In this document: positions 16,758 to 25,939 of the stretch, piece by piece
How positions within the stretch are numbered: position 1 is the stretch's first letter
Layout: every line of letters begins with the position of its first letter
IMG/VR virus record: IMGVR_UViG_3300010376_000087
Span: 1 to 35,548 of that record
DNA: 35,548 nucleotides
Source: a virus
Lineage: Duplodnaviria; Caudoviricetes
Direction: 5' to 3' (one strand)
The notes under the pieces: generated by a model
Database searches by the model: none
Told to the model about the DNA's origin: nothing
The model's input: the letters and a program-made list of their open reading frames with translations, nothing else
Program-made: the position numbers and the translations under genes

Positions 16758-17659
16758 TGCAGCCCGGCACCACCTGTGTCCGCCAGGCCTGGCTGACCCT
16801 CGGCTCGCTGACCATCCAACTGGAGAACGTAGCGGGCGGCTGGTTCTGCAGTTCGCTGGACCTCGGCTACCCCGAACCACGCGAGGTCATCCAGAACCGG
16901 CCCGACACGGACGGGGCGATCGACCGAACCCGGTACATGGGCGCTCGCATCGTGTCGGCCGAGATTCACGCGCTGGCCGGAGCCGGTGCCCGCATCGACG
17001 ACATAGCCGACAACTTCGCCCCCTTCATGGTGCCCAACGCCCGGCCGGTGCTGCACTACATCCTCGACCGGCCGGGCGCCGCCGAGCGCACCATCAACCT
17101 GCGCGCCATGGGCTACAGCTGGGCCGTCAACAGCCCGGTGGAACGGCAGATCCAGCTGCAGTGGAAGGCCGCCGATCCCACCGTGCGCGACCCAACCGTA
17201 CAGACCGCCACGTCCTACACCGGCACCCCGACCGGCAACGGGCGCACCTACCCGCTGTCGTTCTCCCGGCAGTACCCGGCCACAGGCGGCGCACCCTCGA
17301 CCGGCACCATCAGTTCTCCCGGCAACCTGCTGGTGCGACCGCTGCTCTACATCTACGGCCCCGTCACCGCCCCGGCGGTCACCTTCACCCCGACCGGCTC
17401 CACGCCCGTCTCCAAGGTGGCCTTCGTCCCCTCGTTCCGCATCGACGCCGGACACTTCGTCCTGGTCGACACCGTCAACAAGACCGCCAACCTGGACGGC
17501 CCCAACGGCGCCTCGGAACTGGCCTGGCTGGACTGGTACAACACCACCTGGCCCATCCTGCCCATCCAACCCGACACCACCAGCATGGCCATGACCGGCT
17601 CCTCCACCAGCGGCTCCACCCAGGCCCAGGCCACCTGGCAGGACGGCTACCTGACATGA
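16757..17659 (+). CDS. Distal tail (Dit-like) protein
   Basis: Follows the tape measure gene; RPDTDG...GARIV, PLLYIYGPVTAP, WQDGYL end. Confidence 0.75.
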   Translation: MQPGTTCVRQAWLTLGSLTIQLENVAGGWFCSSLDLGYPEPREVIQNRPDTDGAIDRTRYMGARIVSAEIHALAGAGARIDDIADNFAPFMVPNARPVLHYILDRPGAAERTINLRAMGYSWAVNSPVERQIQLQWKAADPTVRDPTVQTATSYTGTPTGNGRTYPLSFSRQYPATGGAPSTGTISSPGNLLVRPLLYIYGPVTAPAVTFTPTGSTPVSKVAFVPSFRIDAGHFVLVDTVNKTANLDGPNGASELAWLDWYNTTWPILPIQPDTTSMAMTGSSTSGSTQAQATWQDGYLT

Positions 17660-18981
17660 CCTGGCCCACCGGACGGGCCGCCGTCCTCGACTTCGAGGCC
17701 GAGGCTGATAGACGTCTATCACCCGACGTACGAGCCGCACCGGGCACCTACCCGGTGCCAGCGGGCCGGGGCCAGTGGCGACTAACGCTGCACAGCCGGG
17801 ACTTCACTGCCAACCAGACGCCCTACCAGACCACCATCGGTGCCCTGCCCGACGCCATCAACCGCAAGCTCATCCGGCAGTGGAACCAACCCAGCCAGCT
17901 GGACTTCACCATCGACGGGCGATCAGCCCAGGCCGCCCTCCTGGCCGAGCTACAGCAGGACGTCATGGCCTGGCGTTGGGATGACACCGCAGGCGTGGAC
18001 CGACCGCTGTTCCGGGGCGTGGTGTCGCAGACCCAGGACGTGCTGACTGCCGACAGCCATCTCATCAACGTGACCGCCCACGACTACGCGGGCATGTTCG
18101 CCCGACGATTTCTCACCAACCCCGCCACCTACACCAACGCCGACCTGGACGACATCGTGGCCGACATCCTCAACAAGGCCAACAACGTGGTGACGACCAG
18201 CGGCACCTCCATGTCCCCCGGTTCCAGCATGCCTCTGACCATCCAGATGGCCAACCCGGACGGCACCACCCGCAGCGCCAAGACCGGCACCCTCTACACC
18301 AACACCTACAACGCCTCCACCGGCCTGACCGACATCGTCAACGAACTGTCCAAGCTGCCCAACGGCTTCGACTTCGACGTGCTGCCCACCGGCCTCAACG
18401 GCACCGCCGACGCCCTGCGGATCTTCGCGCCCTACCAGGGCGTGCAACGTAGCGACCTGGCCCTGGTCTACGGCTCCTCCATCACCGCCCTGACCCGCTC
18501 CGTCGACTCCAGCACCTACGGCAACTACTGGCGGGTCATCGGCAACGCCCAGTCGACCTCACCGGGCACCACCCAGCTGGTAGCCGAAACCTGGAACACC
18601 GACTCCAACAACGTCTCCACCCGGCCCATCGGGCTGTGGATGTCCGCCGACAACGCTCCCTCGCTGACCACTGCGGCCGCCCTCACCGCCCAGGCCAACG
18701 GCGACCTGGCTCTGTACGGCACCCTCATCCCCACCTACCAGCTGACGCTGACGCCCGGCTTCTACTACTACGGCGGCCCCTACATGGGCGACGTGGTACC
18801 ACTGGTCATTCGCTCCGGCCGCCTCAACGTCAACACCAACGTCCGCGTACTGGGCATCACCTACAACATCGGGGACGACGGCGAGGAGGACGTCGACCTG
18901 ACCGTGGGCCAGCCCGGCCGCACCCTCGTCCAGATGATCCAGCAGAGCCAGAGCGACGTCAACGCCCTGGCCCGGAGGTGA
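17656..18981 (+). CDS. Minor tail or baseplate hub protein
   Basis: ATGA overlap; LFRGVV, GFDFDV, MGDVV, VRVLGITY motifs. Confidence 0.7.
   Translation: MTWPTGRAAVLDFEAEADRRLSPDVRAAPGTYPVPAGRGQWRLTLHSRDFTANQTPYQTTIGALPDAINRKLIRQWNQPSQLDFTIDGRSAQAALLAELQQDVMAWRWDDTAGVDRPLFRGVVSQTQDVLTADSHLINVTAHDYAGMFARRFLTNPATYTNADLDDIVADILNKANNVVTTSGTSMSPGSSMPLTIQMANPDGTTRSAKTGTLYTNTYNASTGLTDIVNELSKLPNGFDFDVLPTGLNGTADALRIFAPYQGVQRSDLALVYGSSITALTRSVDSSTYGNYWRVIGNAQSTSPGTTQLVAETWNTDSNNVSTRPIGLWMSADNAPSLTTAAALTAQANGDLALYGTLIPTYQLTLTPGFYYYGGPYMGDVVPLVIRSGRLNVNTNVRVLGITYNIGDDGEEDVDLTVGQPGRTLVQMIQQSQSDVNALARR
17706..17721. repeat. 16-bp palindrome copy 7 (intragenic)
   Basis: Exact copy, encodes DRRLS in the hub N-terminus. 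Confidence 0.97.
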
Positions 18982-18985
18982 CCGC

Positions 18986-20035
18986 ATGACCCGCTACACG
19001 CCGCTGTGGGAGCAGGCTGGCTCCTACGCCGCCAGCCAGGACCGGATGCTCCTGCGAGCCATCTTCGCCGGGAACACCGCCAGCAACGCCGGGGACTACA
19101 TCAACGGGATGCGGGTGTCAGTGGCCTCCGGCATGACCGTGAACGTCGCCCCCGGCACCGCCGTCGTCCACGTCGTGTCGCCAGTCGGCTCGATCGTCTG
19201 CGTGTCCGACGCCGTCGAGCAGGTCACGCTGGCACCCGCCCCACCGTCCGGCCAGTCCCGCTGGGACGGCATCATCGCCCAGGCCCGGGGCAACGACTTC
19301 GACGGCGGCAGCAACAACGACTTCGTCATGACCGTCGTCCAGGGCACGCCCGCCGCCTCCAACCCAGCCTTCCCTGCCGTCCCCTCCCAGGCCGCTCTGC
19401 TGGCCTGGGTCAACGTGCCAGGCGGGGCGGCCAGCCTGGTCGCGGCCAACATCACCGAAGCCCGCGTGTCCCGGCTGTCCGGCCTGTGGGAACCGCCGCT
19501 GGCCGCCGCCGACCCGTTCACCTCCTTCACCGACCCCTGGGGCGAGACGTGGATCGCCAAGGGCGGCGTGCTCAACGGAACCTGGAAACGGGCCAGAGAC
19601 GTGCTCAGCTGCTACATCTACCGATCGGCAGCCTGGTCCACGCCGAGCGCCGCAGACATCCAGGTCCCGTTCGACAGCGTTTTGACGGGCATGGACCCCT
19701 TCGGGATGGCGGCCAGCCTCAACACCAACACCGCCCGCATCATCGCCCCCATAGCCGGAAACTACCTCCTTACCACCAGCGCGGGCACAGGGTCGGGCAC
19801 CATGCAACTCATCCGAGCCTGGAAAAACGGTGTCGCAGGGGTCAGCCAATCGGGCCAATACATGATCGGTCAGCCATCTGGCGTCACCAGCACCACCGTC
19901 TATGCCGGAAGCTGGATCGTCAAACTGGCGGCAGGGGACGACGTTTCCCTGTGGGTGCGGACCAGCGCCGCCGTGGCGCTAACCGTCAACTCCCAAATCA
20001 CCTTCCTGACCGCCACCTACCTCGGCACCAGCTAA
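18986..20035 (+). CDS. Minor tail or receptor-binding protein with C1q/TNF-like C-terminal beta sandwich
   Basis: GMTVNVAPGTA, RWDGIIA, GTPAASNP N-terminal motifs; VPFD...APIAGNY...LAAGDDVSL C-terminus. Confidence 0.7.
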   Translation: MTRYTPLWEQAGSYAASQDRMLLRAIFAGNTASNAGDYINGMRVSVASGMTVNVAPGTAVVHVVSPVGSIVCVSDAVEQVTLAPAPPSGQSRWDGIIAQARGNDFDGGSNNDFVMTVVQGTPAASNPAFPAVPSQAALLAWVNVPGGAASLVAANITEARVSRLSGLWEPPLAAADPFTSFTDPWGETWIAKGGVLNGTWKRARDVLSCYIYRSAAWSTPSAADIQVPFDSVLTGMDPFGMAASLNTNTARIIAPIAGNYLLTTSAGTGSGTMQLIRAWKNGVAGVSQSGQYMIGQPSGVTSTTVYAGSWIVKLAAGDDVSLWVRTSAAVALTVNSQITFLTATYLGTS

Positions 20036-20048
20036 AGGAGGCCCCACC

Positions 20049-20384
20049 ATGAGCTACGAGACGCAAGCCCTGCTGGAGGCCGATGGCGACTTTCAGCAAC
20101 GCGCCCGCTCCTGCACCGTCCAGCAGGCGGACTACTACAAGGACGCCGCCGCCGCCGACCAGAAAGCGCTGGCCTACGGCGTGCTACGAGACGACCCCGG
20201 TTTGGTGCCCACGTTCATCCGGCTGGCTGCCGCCGGACCCGGCGTGGCCGACAAGGTCGACACGGGCAACGGCACCATCGACAGTTCGCTGGTGCTGGAC
20301 GCAGACCTCTTGTCCCTGACGCAGGGCAACTGGCCCATCGTCACCTCCCTCTACTTCAACACAGACGGGACACCCAGGCCGTAG
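20049..20384 (+). CDS. Hypothetical protein (tail region)
   Basis: AAGGAGG SD; 111 aa; phage-like codon usage. Confidence 0.75.
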   Translation: MSYETQALLEADGDFQQRARSCTVQQADYYKDAAAADQKALAYGVLRDDPGLVPTFIRLAAAGPGVADKVDTGNGTIDSSLVLDADLLSLTQGNWPIVTSLYFNTDGTPRP

Positions 20385-20385
20385 C

Positions 20386-20401
20386 TGATAGACGTCTATC
20401 A
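20386..20401. repeat. 16-bp palindrome copy 8
   Basis: Exact copy, 1 nt after a stop codon, ahead of the lysis genes. Confidence 0.97.
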
Positions 20402-20416
20402 CCCAGAGGAGGAACC

Positions 20417-20539
20417 ATGTCCGACATCCCGACGACCGGCCCCGACCCCGAACCAGAGCCGACCCCCGAACCGGCCGAGGAGCCATCCCACGGCGACACC
20501 ACGCCCGAGGACGAGGTCGGCTACGAGGGACAACGGTGA
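20417..20539 (+). CDS. 40-aa acidic Pro/Glu-rich peptide
   Basis: AGGAGG SD; MSDIPTTGPDPEPEPTPEPAEEPSHGDTTPEDEVGYEGQR; GTGA overlap with the endolysin start. Confidence 0.6.
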   Translation: MSDIPTTGPDPEPEPTPEPAEEPSHGDTTPEDEVGYEGQR

Positions 20540-21381
20540 CCCTCAACCGCATCTGGATCGCCTCGCCCAACTACTCCAGCCGCGGCGGCAGCAAGGTCCG
20601 GCTGATCGTGCTGCATACCAGCGAGGGGGCGACCAGCTACTCCAGCCTCGGCTCGTTCTTTGCCAACCCCTCCTCACAGGTGTCCAGCCACGTCGGCATC
20701 GACGACACCAAGGGCCAGATCGGCGAGTACGTCCACCGCGGCGACAAGGCCTGGACATCAGCCAACGCCAACCCGGTGGCGGTCCAGGCCGAACTCTGCA
20801 CGCCCTCAGGAGCAGCCATGGGCTGGAGCGCCGCCACCTGGCAGCAGCATCCCAACATGCTGGCCAACGCCGCCGAGTGGATCGCCGAGGAGGCCGCTGC
20901 GTTCGGCATACCCATCGTCAAGCTCACGGCCCAGCAGGCCCAGGGCGGCAGCGCCGGGGTCTGCCAGCACGTCGACCTCGGCAGCTGGGGCGGCGGCCAC
21001 ACCGACTGCGGACCCAACTTCCCCATCGACCAGGTCATCGCCCAGGCCGGAGGGCAGAAGCCCAGCCCGCCGCAGCCCACACCCACGCCACCTCCGGCGG
21101 GCAAGGCGCCGCCATTTCCCTACCCGGCCAGCGACTATCTGGGTCAGCCGTCCCCCGACCCACACTGTCATTCCGGCTTCTACGGCGGCGTGGATACGCA
21201 GAACGTCCGCACCTGGCAACAGCAGATGGCCGCTCGCGGCTGGAACATCGGCGTGGACGGCCAATACGGGCCACAGAGCGAGGGCGTCTGCCGCCAGTTC
21301 CAGGGCGAGAAGGGCTTGAGCGTGGACGGCCTGGTTGGGCCGCAGACCTGGGCGACCAGCTGGACGGCGCCGGTCACCTGA
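20536..21381 (+). CDS. Endolysin: N-acetylmuramoyl-L-alanine amidase (Amidase_2) plus peptidoglycan-binding domain
   Basis: IVLHTSEG, SSHV, AW...N, HTDCGPNFP; C-terminal VDGQYGP...FQ...GLSVDGLVGPQTW. Confidence 0.92.
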   Translation: MTLNRIWIASPNYSSRGGSKVRLIVLHTSEGATSYSSLGSFFANPSSQVSSHVGIDDTKGQIGEYVHRGDKAWTSANANPVAVQAELCTPSGAAMGWSAATWQQHPNMLANAAEWIAEEAAAFGIPIVKLTAQQAQGGSAGVCQHVDLGSWGGGHTDCGPNFPIDQVIAQAGGQKPSPPQPTPTPPPAGKAPPFPYPASDYLGQPSPDPHCHSGFYGGVDTQNVRTWQQQMAARGWNIGVDGQYGPQSEGVCRQFQGEKGLSVDGLVGPQTWATSWTAPVT

Positions 21382-21385
21382 CCAT

Positions 21386-21628
21386 GTGGACCCGGCCAAG
21401 CTCGTCGCAATCCTCACCGGAGTAGGCGGCATCGTGACCGCCACGGGCGGCGTGCTGCTGGCCATCCGGGCGGCGCGGGACAAGGAGCGCAAAGCCGCCA
21501 AGAGCGAAATCGACGAACTGTCCCACGAACTGTCCGACGAGCGCCACCAGCGACTGCAGGCCGAACGCCGGGTCTACGACCTCTCCCTCAAACTGGCCCA
21601 GCATGGCATCGACCCGACCGACCCGTAG
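21386..21628 (+). CDS. Membrane protein with coiled coil (holin or lysis accessory candidate)
   Basis: One N-terminal TM helix then a charged coiled coil; directly after the endolysin. Confidence 0.6.
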   Translation: MDPAKLVAILTGVGGIVTATGGVLLAIRAARDKERKAAKSEIDELSHELSDERHQRLQAERRVYDLSLKLAQHGIDPTDP

Positions 21629-22115
21629 CCCGGTGCTGGTCTTCATCGTGGCGGGCGTGCTGCTGGGCTGCTCCGTGGCCGCCACCGCCTACGCCATCAA
21701 CAACAACCCCACCGTCGCAATCCCCGGCCCGCCAGGCAAGACTGGCCCAGCCGGACCGCAAGGAGCCACAGGTGCCACAGGACCAGCCGGACCCACAGCT
21801 ACGGGCACGCCGGGAAGCGTGGGAGCGCCAGGCCCCACCGGAGCGACCGGCAAAACGGGCAGTCCCGGTGTGGCCGGAACGCCGGGCCAGGCCGTCACCG
21901 GCCCCGCCGGATCGGCGGGCAAATCCGGTACAGCTGGCCCGGCTGGACCGCCCGGTCCTGCTGGCCCTCCTGGGCCTACCGGGGTTGGCAAGACCGGACC
22001 CCCTGGTCCACAGGGCCTCCCCGGTCCCACCTGCCCCGCCAACCACTCTCCCATAACCGTCGAGGTCAAGACCACCAAGGGCGGCACCGCAGTCATCCTG
22101 GCCTGCGCCGCCTGA
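21603..22115 (+). CDS. Membrane-anchored or secreted collagen-like protein
   Basis: Hydrophobic N-terminus, long Gly-X-Y run, C-terminal Cys pair. Confidence 0.8.
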   Translation: MASTRPTRSPVLVFIVAGVLLGCSVAATAYAINNNPTVAIPGPPGKTGPAGPQGATGATGPAGPTATGTPGSVGAPGPTGATGKTGSPGVAGTPGQAVTGPAGSAGKSGTAGPAGPPGPAGPPGPTGVGKTGPPGPQGLPGPTCPANHSPITVEVKTTKGGTAVILACAA

Positions 22116-22121
22116 GCCGCC

Positions 22122-22223
22122 ATGCGCCGCCGCGAGGGCTGGCTACTACTGGCCGCCTTCATCGTCGTCACGGCCTGCCTGCTGGCCTTCTGCATGGGCG
22201 TTCTGCTGGCCGAACTGCTCTGA
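22122..22223 (+). CDS. 33-aa membrane peptide
   Basis: MRRREGWLLLAAFIVVTACLLAFCMGVLLAELL. Confidence 0.55.
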   Translation: MRRREGWLLLAAFIVVTACLLAFCMGVLLAELL

Positions 22224-22224
22224 G

Positions 22225-22541
22225 GCGCTCCGCGGATTTCTAAGGCCTACTGCGCCTGGGCTGCCTCAACCACAGCCGCCGCCACATGGTGCAATACAGG
22301 CAGCCTGGGCGACCTCCATACGCCTCTGAACAGCCACCGGGCGCAGGCCTCATTGGGTGGGGGATGGCTGACCGATTGACGTGCCACCTGGCGGGGGATT
22401 TCTAGCGGCGTTGCCTCTATTGCCAATCAATCTGCGGGAATGGGTGAGTGTGGGGAGTTCCGCCGACGCCCCGAAGCGATCCCTGTACGCCCTTTAACCA
22501 CTGCGGTTTCTGGCTCCGACCACACTGATAGACGTCTATCA
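22225..22541. repeat. ~300-bp diverged intergenic repeat, copy C (most diverged)
   Basis: GCGCTCCGCGG, TAAGGCCTACTGCG, ACCGGGCGCAGGC, GTGCCACCT, GGGTGAGTGTGGG and CCCTGTACGCCCT blocks shared with copies A/B; ends in the palindrome. Confidence 0.75.
22526..22541. repeat. 16-bp palindrome copy 9
   Basis: Exact copy, 6 nt upstream of a TTGACA -35 box. Confidence 0.97.
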
Positions 22542-22547
22542 CATCGC

Positions 22548-22577
22548 TTGACAACAGCCGCCTAACTGTGCTAAGCT
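22548..22577 (+). promoter_or_regulatory. Sigma70/SigA-like promoter of the replication operon, probably leaderless
   Basis: TTGACA (22548-22553), 18-nt spacer, TGn-extended TAAGCT (22572-22577); ATG at 22586. Confidence 0.75.
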
Positions 22578-22585
22578 GACTGTCT

Positions 22586-22783
22586 ATGCCTAGACGCGTT
22601 CTCTACGACCGGGAGCAGGCCGCCCGGTATCTGAACATCCACCCGCAGACGCTGTTCCGCTGGGTCCAGCGCGGCCAGATCCCCTTCATCCAGCGCACGC
22701 CACGCGGCAAGCTGTTCTTCCGACGCCAGGACCTCGAAGCCACCCTCAAGCCAAAGGTCGGCGGCCATGACGAAGCAGCCTGA
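22586..22783 (+). CDS. Excisionase/MerR-like HTH DNA-binding protein
   Basis: YDREQAARYLNIHPQTLFRWVQRGQIP...FRRQDLE. Confidence 0.85.
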   Translation: MPRRVLYDREQAARYLNIHPQTLFRWVQRGQIPFIQRTPRGKLFFRRQDLEATLKPKVGGHDEAA

Positions 22784-22970
22784 CGAAGCCCCGCTGTGCG
22801 AGTGCGGCTGCGGCCTCCCGGTCAAGAGCCGCAAGAACGGCGTCTGGTCCCGCTGGCGTCCCGGCCACAGCAGCCGCAAGGGCAACTGGCGCGAGCGCAC
22901 CCCGGAGAAGGTCAGCGCCCAGGCCAGCCGCTGGCTCGACGAGCAGCTGCGACTGTTCGAGGAACCATGA
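22767..22970 (+). CDS. Small CxCGCG-motif protein
   Basis: PLCECGCGLPV...GH; coupled overlap with the next gene. Confidence 0.65.
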   Translation: MTKQPDEAPLCECGCGLPVKSRKNGVWSRWRPGHSSRKGNWRERTPEKVSAQASRWLDEQLRLFEEP

Positions 22971-23506
22971 GCGTCGACCTCAGCCAGCCCCACCCCTACC
23001 GCAGCTGGGTCGACGAGAACGACTGCGGCAACACCTGCTGTCTGGCCCCGGTCCTCGACCCCATCCACATCCACCCCCGCCGCATACGGGTCGACGTGCG
23101 CGGCACGCCCATCCCGCAAGGCTCCCTTCGTCTGCACCCTCTCCCCAACGGCAAGACCGCGGCACGGTATCCCGCCACCGTGTACGCGTGGAGAGGCCAG
23201 GTGCAGCAGGCCGTCGCCCAGCTGGAAGAACCGCCGCTGGGGGGCGCGGTAGAACTCCGGCTGGGCTTCGACCTGCCCCGTCCCATGGGCCACTACGGCA
23301 CTGGCCGTAACGCCGGGGTCGTTCGCCCCTCGGCCCCGGCGTGGCCCACCGTCATGCCCGACGTGGACAAACTCGCGAGGTGCATCTGCGACGCCATCAC
23401 CGACGCAGGACTATGGCACGACGACAGCCAGGTCGTCAGCCTGACCGCAGCCAAGCGCTATGGCTCCCCGCCCGGCGTCCTCATCCAGATCACCGAACTG
23501 CTGTGA
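22967..23506 (+). CDS. rusA: RusA-family Holliday junction resolvase
   Basis: GTPIPQGS, PDVDKLAR...DAIT...WHDDSQVV...KRY. Confidence 0.9.
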   Translation: MSVDLSQPHPYRSWVDENDCGNTCCLAPVLDPIHIHPRRIRVDVRGTPIPQGSLRLHPLPNGKTAARYPATVYAWRGQVQQAVAQLEEPPLGGAVELRLGFDLPRPMGHYGTGRNAGVVRPSAPAWPTVMPDVDKLARCICDAITDAGLWHDDSQVVSLTAAKRYGSPPGVLIQITELL

Positions 23507-23634
23507 CCGACGACGACACCTGCTCAGCCTGCGGCCACCGCCGCGACCAGCACACCGGCCGCAACGGACTGTGCCGGGCCACTGAAGGCCCGCTCGAATG
23601 CAAGTGCCACCACTTCCGCCAGGAGCGACCGTGA
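23503..23634 (+). CDS. 43-aa Cys/His-rich zinc-binding peptide
   Basis: CSACGHRRDQH...C...CKCHHF; GTGA overlaps at both ends. Confidence 0.6.
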   Translation: MTDDDTCSACGHRRDQHTGRNGLCRATEGPLECKCHHFRQERP

Positions 23635-25007
23635 CCCAGACCTCCATCCCGCTGACCGCCATCAACGCCAGCCCCGACCCCACCCGCCGCGACCAGTGGG
23701 GCCGCTACCTCATCGTGCCGCCCACGGGTGGACCGCCGGTCGGCTACACCCGCGTCACCACCGTGGCCAAGACGCTGGACAACGGCGGCGGGCTGGCCGA
23801 CTGGAAGGCCGCCATGACCGCCAGCGGCATCATCATGCGCCGGGGCCTGCGGGCCGAATGGGAGGCGCTGCTGGCCGTCCACGGCGACCCCTGGTACGAC
23901 GGCGACGCCAGCAAGGCCGAGTGCAAACGGCTGGTCAGCGAGTGCGCCGCCGTGGGCGGGGCCAACGACCGGCGCCAGATGGGCAGCAGCCTCCACACCA
24001 TCACCGCCCTCGTCGACCTGGGCAAGGCCCCGCAGCACCTGACCAGCGAGACGGAGCGCGACGTCGACGCCTACGTCAACGGCCTGGCCGCCGCCCACAT
24101 CAGCGTGGTCCCCGGCGCCGTCGAACTGGTCACGGCTCTGGACAGCTACCAGGTAGCCGGGACCTTCGACCGGCTGGCCATCGTGCCCGGCTTCGACCTG
24201 CCGCTGATCGCCGACCTCAAGACCGGCGCCAACCTGGAGTACAGCTTCCAGTCCATCGCCGTCCAGCTGGCGGGCTACAGCCGGGGCGAGCGGCTCTACC
24301 AGCAGGGCGCAGCCAAGGACGGCAGCCAGGACCACAGCCAGCCCATGCCTGCCGTCGACCAGGACTGGGGGCTGGTCCTCTGGCTCAAGGCGGGCGAGGG
24401 CGTCTTCGAGCTATACCTGGTCGATCTGACCGAGGGCTGGCACGCGTTCCAGCAGAGCATGTGGGCGCGCAGCTGGGCACGGTCCAACCCGCAGCGGCTG
24501 TACGCCCCGGCCAGCAACAACCAGGGCATGACCATCCCCGTCTCCAGCGACGACCTCACCGCCCAGCTGGAGGCCAGCCTGGCCACCCATCCCAGCCACC
24601 CACAGCCTGTGGACAACGGCCATCCACAGCCTGTGGACGTGACAGACGTCTATCAGCAGCCCGTCCCGCTGGACGCCGACACCGTCAAGACGCCCGGCTT
24701 CTCCCCGGCGGCGCAGGACCTGGAGACAGTCCACGACGTCCGCAACTGGCTGCAGCAACGCATCGACGACATCGGCCAGCACGCCCAGGCCCGACAGGCC
24801 CTCGGCAAGCTGTGGCCGGACAACATCCCCACGCTGCGTGCGTCCACCAACCACACAGCCGAACAGCTTGGCGCCATCGAGCGACTGCTCGACGACGTCG
24901 AGAGGCGCTACGAACTCCCGTTCGGAGAGCCTTCCCCCGGAGCCGCCAAGGTCCTCGACCTGTTCCCCGGCTCCACCATCCAACCAACGAACAAGGAGCC
25001 TGCGTGA
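23631..25007 (+). CDS. PD-(D/E)XK (Cas4/RecB-like) exonuclease
   Basis: YTRVTT, GSSLH, AGTFDRL, IADLKTG, QLAGY motifs. Confidence 0.85.
   Translation: MTQTSIPLTAINASPDPTRRDQWGRYLIVPPTGGPPVGYTRVTTVAKTLDNGGGLADWKAAMTASGIIMRRGLRAEWEALLAVHGDPWYDGDASKAECKRLVSECAAVGGANDRRQMGSSLHTITALVDLGKAPQHLTSETERDVDAYVNGLAAAHISVVPGAVELVTALDSYQVAGTFDRLAIVPGFDLPLIADLKTGANLEYSFQSIAVQLAGYSRGERLYQQGAAKDGSQDHSQPMPAVDQDWGLVLWLKAGEGVFELYLVDLTEGWHAFQQSMWARSWARSNPQRLYAPASNNQGMTIPVSSDDLTAQLEASLATHPSHPQPVDNGHPQPVDVTDVYQQPVPLDADTVKTPGFSPAAQDLETVHDVRNWLQQRIDDIGQHAQARQALGKLWPDNIPTLRASTNHTAEQLGAIERLLDDVERRYELPFGEPSPGAAKVLDLFPGSTIQPTNKEPA
24600..24640. repeat. Tandem CCACAGCCTGTGGAC repeats containing DnaA-box-like sites
   Basis: TGTGGACAA at 24608-24616 is the reverse complement of TTGTCCACA; imperfect boxes at 24620-24628 and 24632-24640. 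Confidence 0.55.
24640..24655. repeat. 16-bp palindrome copy 10 (1 mismatch, TGACAGACGTCTATCA; intragenic)
   Basis: In the exonuclease linker, encodes TDVYQ. Confidence 0.9.
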
Positions 25008-25465
25008 TGCAGTCCATTCCCATCGACCAGCTACAGAGCAGCCCGGCCGCCAGCTTCAAGCAGTTCGGCGACCAGTACGTCGGCGTCATCACCGCCATGA
25101 AGGAGACGCACCAGACCGACACCCAGGGCAAGGTCAAGCTGTTCCCGTCCGGCGACCCCATGCCGGTCTGGATCATCACCATCGAGACGGCTGACGGCGA
25201 GACGGTCAGCCTGTGGGCCAAGGCCGGGAAGGCCGTCGCCGTCAAGGGCAGCGGCAAACCGATGATGGGCGCCATCGTCGACGCGGTCAAGGCCGCCGGG
25301 GCCAAGGCCATCGACGTGGGGGCCAAGCTGGGCGTCGTCTTCACGGGCGAGTCCGACTTCACGCCGCCGCTCAACCCGACCAAGCTGTTTACGGCTCAGT
25401 ACGCCCCACCGGCCCCACAGACGGCCAGCATCCCGGTCGACCTGTTCAGCCAGCAGCAAACGTGA
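25007..25465 (+). CDS. Single-stranded DNA-binding protein-like (OB fold)
   Basis: ASFKQFGDQYVGVI...GDPMP...AVKAAGA...GAKLGVVFTGE...KLFTAQY; follows the exonuclease. Confidence 0.65.
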   Translation: MQSIPIDQLQSSPAASFKQFGDQYVGVITAMKETHQTDTQGKVKLFPSGDPMPVWIITIETADGETVSLWAKAGKAVAVKGSGKPMMGAIVDAVKAAGAKAIDVGAKLGVVFTGESDFTPPLNPTKLFTAQYAPPAPQTASIPVDLFSQQQT

Positions 25466-25620
25466 TCCGAGGCCTGCGCTGGCGCCTCCGACGCTGGCAT
25501 GCCGCCCGGATGCTGTTCCGGGCGGCGCAGGCCTTCGAGCGCCACCCCGACAACGGCCACCACTACCTCATGTGGGTGGCGGCCCAGCAGCTGGCCACCG
25601 TCGACAACCAGCGACCGTGA
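25462..25620 (+). CDS. Hypothetical protein
   Basis: GTGA overlaps on both sides; 52 aa. Confidence 0.5.
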   Translation: MIRGLRWRLRRWHAARMLFRAAQAFERHPDNGHHYLMWVAAQQLATVDNQRP

Positions 25621-25913
25621 CCCGGCCTAGCGACCGCTCACAGCCCCTGTGCGCCCCGCTCCCGGCCGATCCCACCCCGACCGGCACCAGGGTCGTGGTC
25701 AAGGCCAGAGGGCGCTACAGGGGCATGCCGGGCACCATCGTGGTCATCAACGACGAGCGCAGCGAGCGCAGCGGCCAACTGGTCCACCGCGAGTACGGCG
25801 TGGCCTTCAAGCCCACCAGCATCGGCTGGTACCGGGGCCGGGAGCGGCGGCTACGGCAAGGGGCCGATTGCACCTGGTTCGCGCCGGAGGAACTGGCAAT
25901 ACTCGACAGCTGA
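25617..25913 (+). CDS. Hypothetical SH3/KOW-like protein
   Basis: GTRVVV...GRYRGMPGTIV...WFAPEEL. Confidence 0.55.
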   Translation: MTRPSDRSQPLCAPLPADPTPTGTRVVVKARGRYRGMPGTIVVINDERSERSGQLVHREYGVAFKPTSIGWYRGRERRLRQGADCTWFAPEELAILDS

Positions 25914-25939
25914 CAAAGACCGCCCATCCCCCCAACAGG

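Noticed and set aside
22586-22783. Excisionase implying an integrating temperate phage
   Set aside because: This HTH family is often purely regulatory; no integrase or CI-like repressor in the window, though a missing genome segment could hold one
23631-25007. Cas4-like nuclease as evidence of a CRISPR system
   Set aside because: Stand-alone phage recombination exonuclease context (RusA, SSB-like); no array or other cas genes
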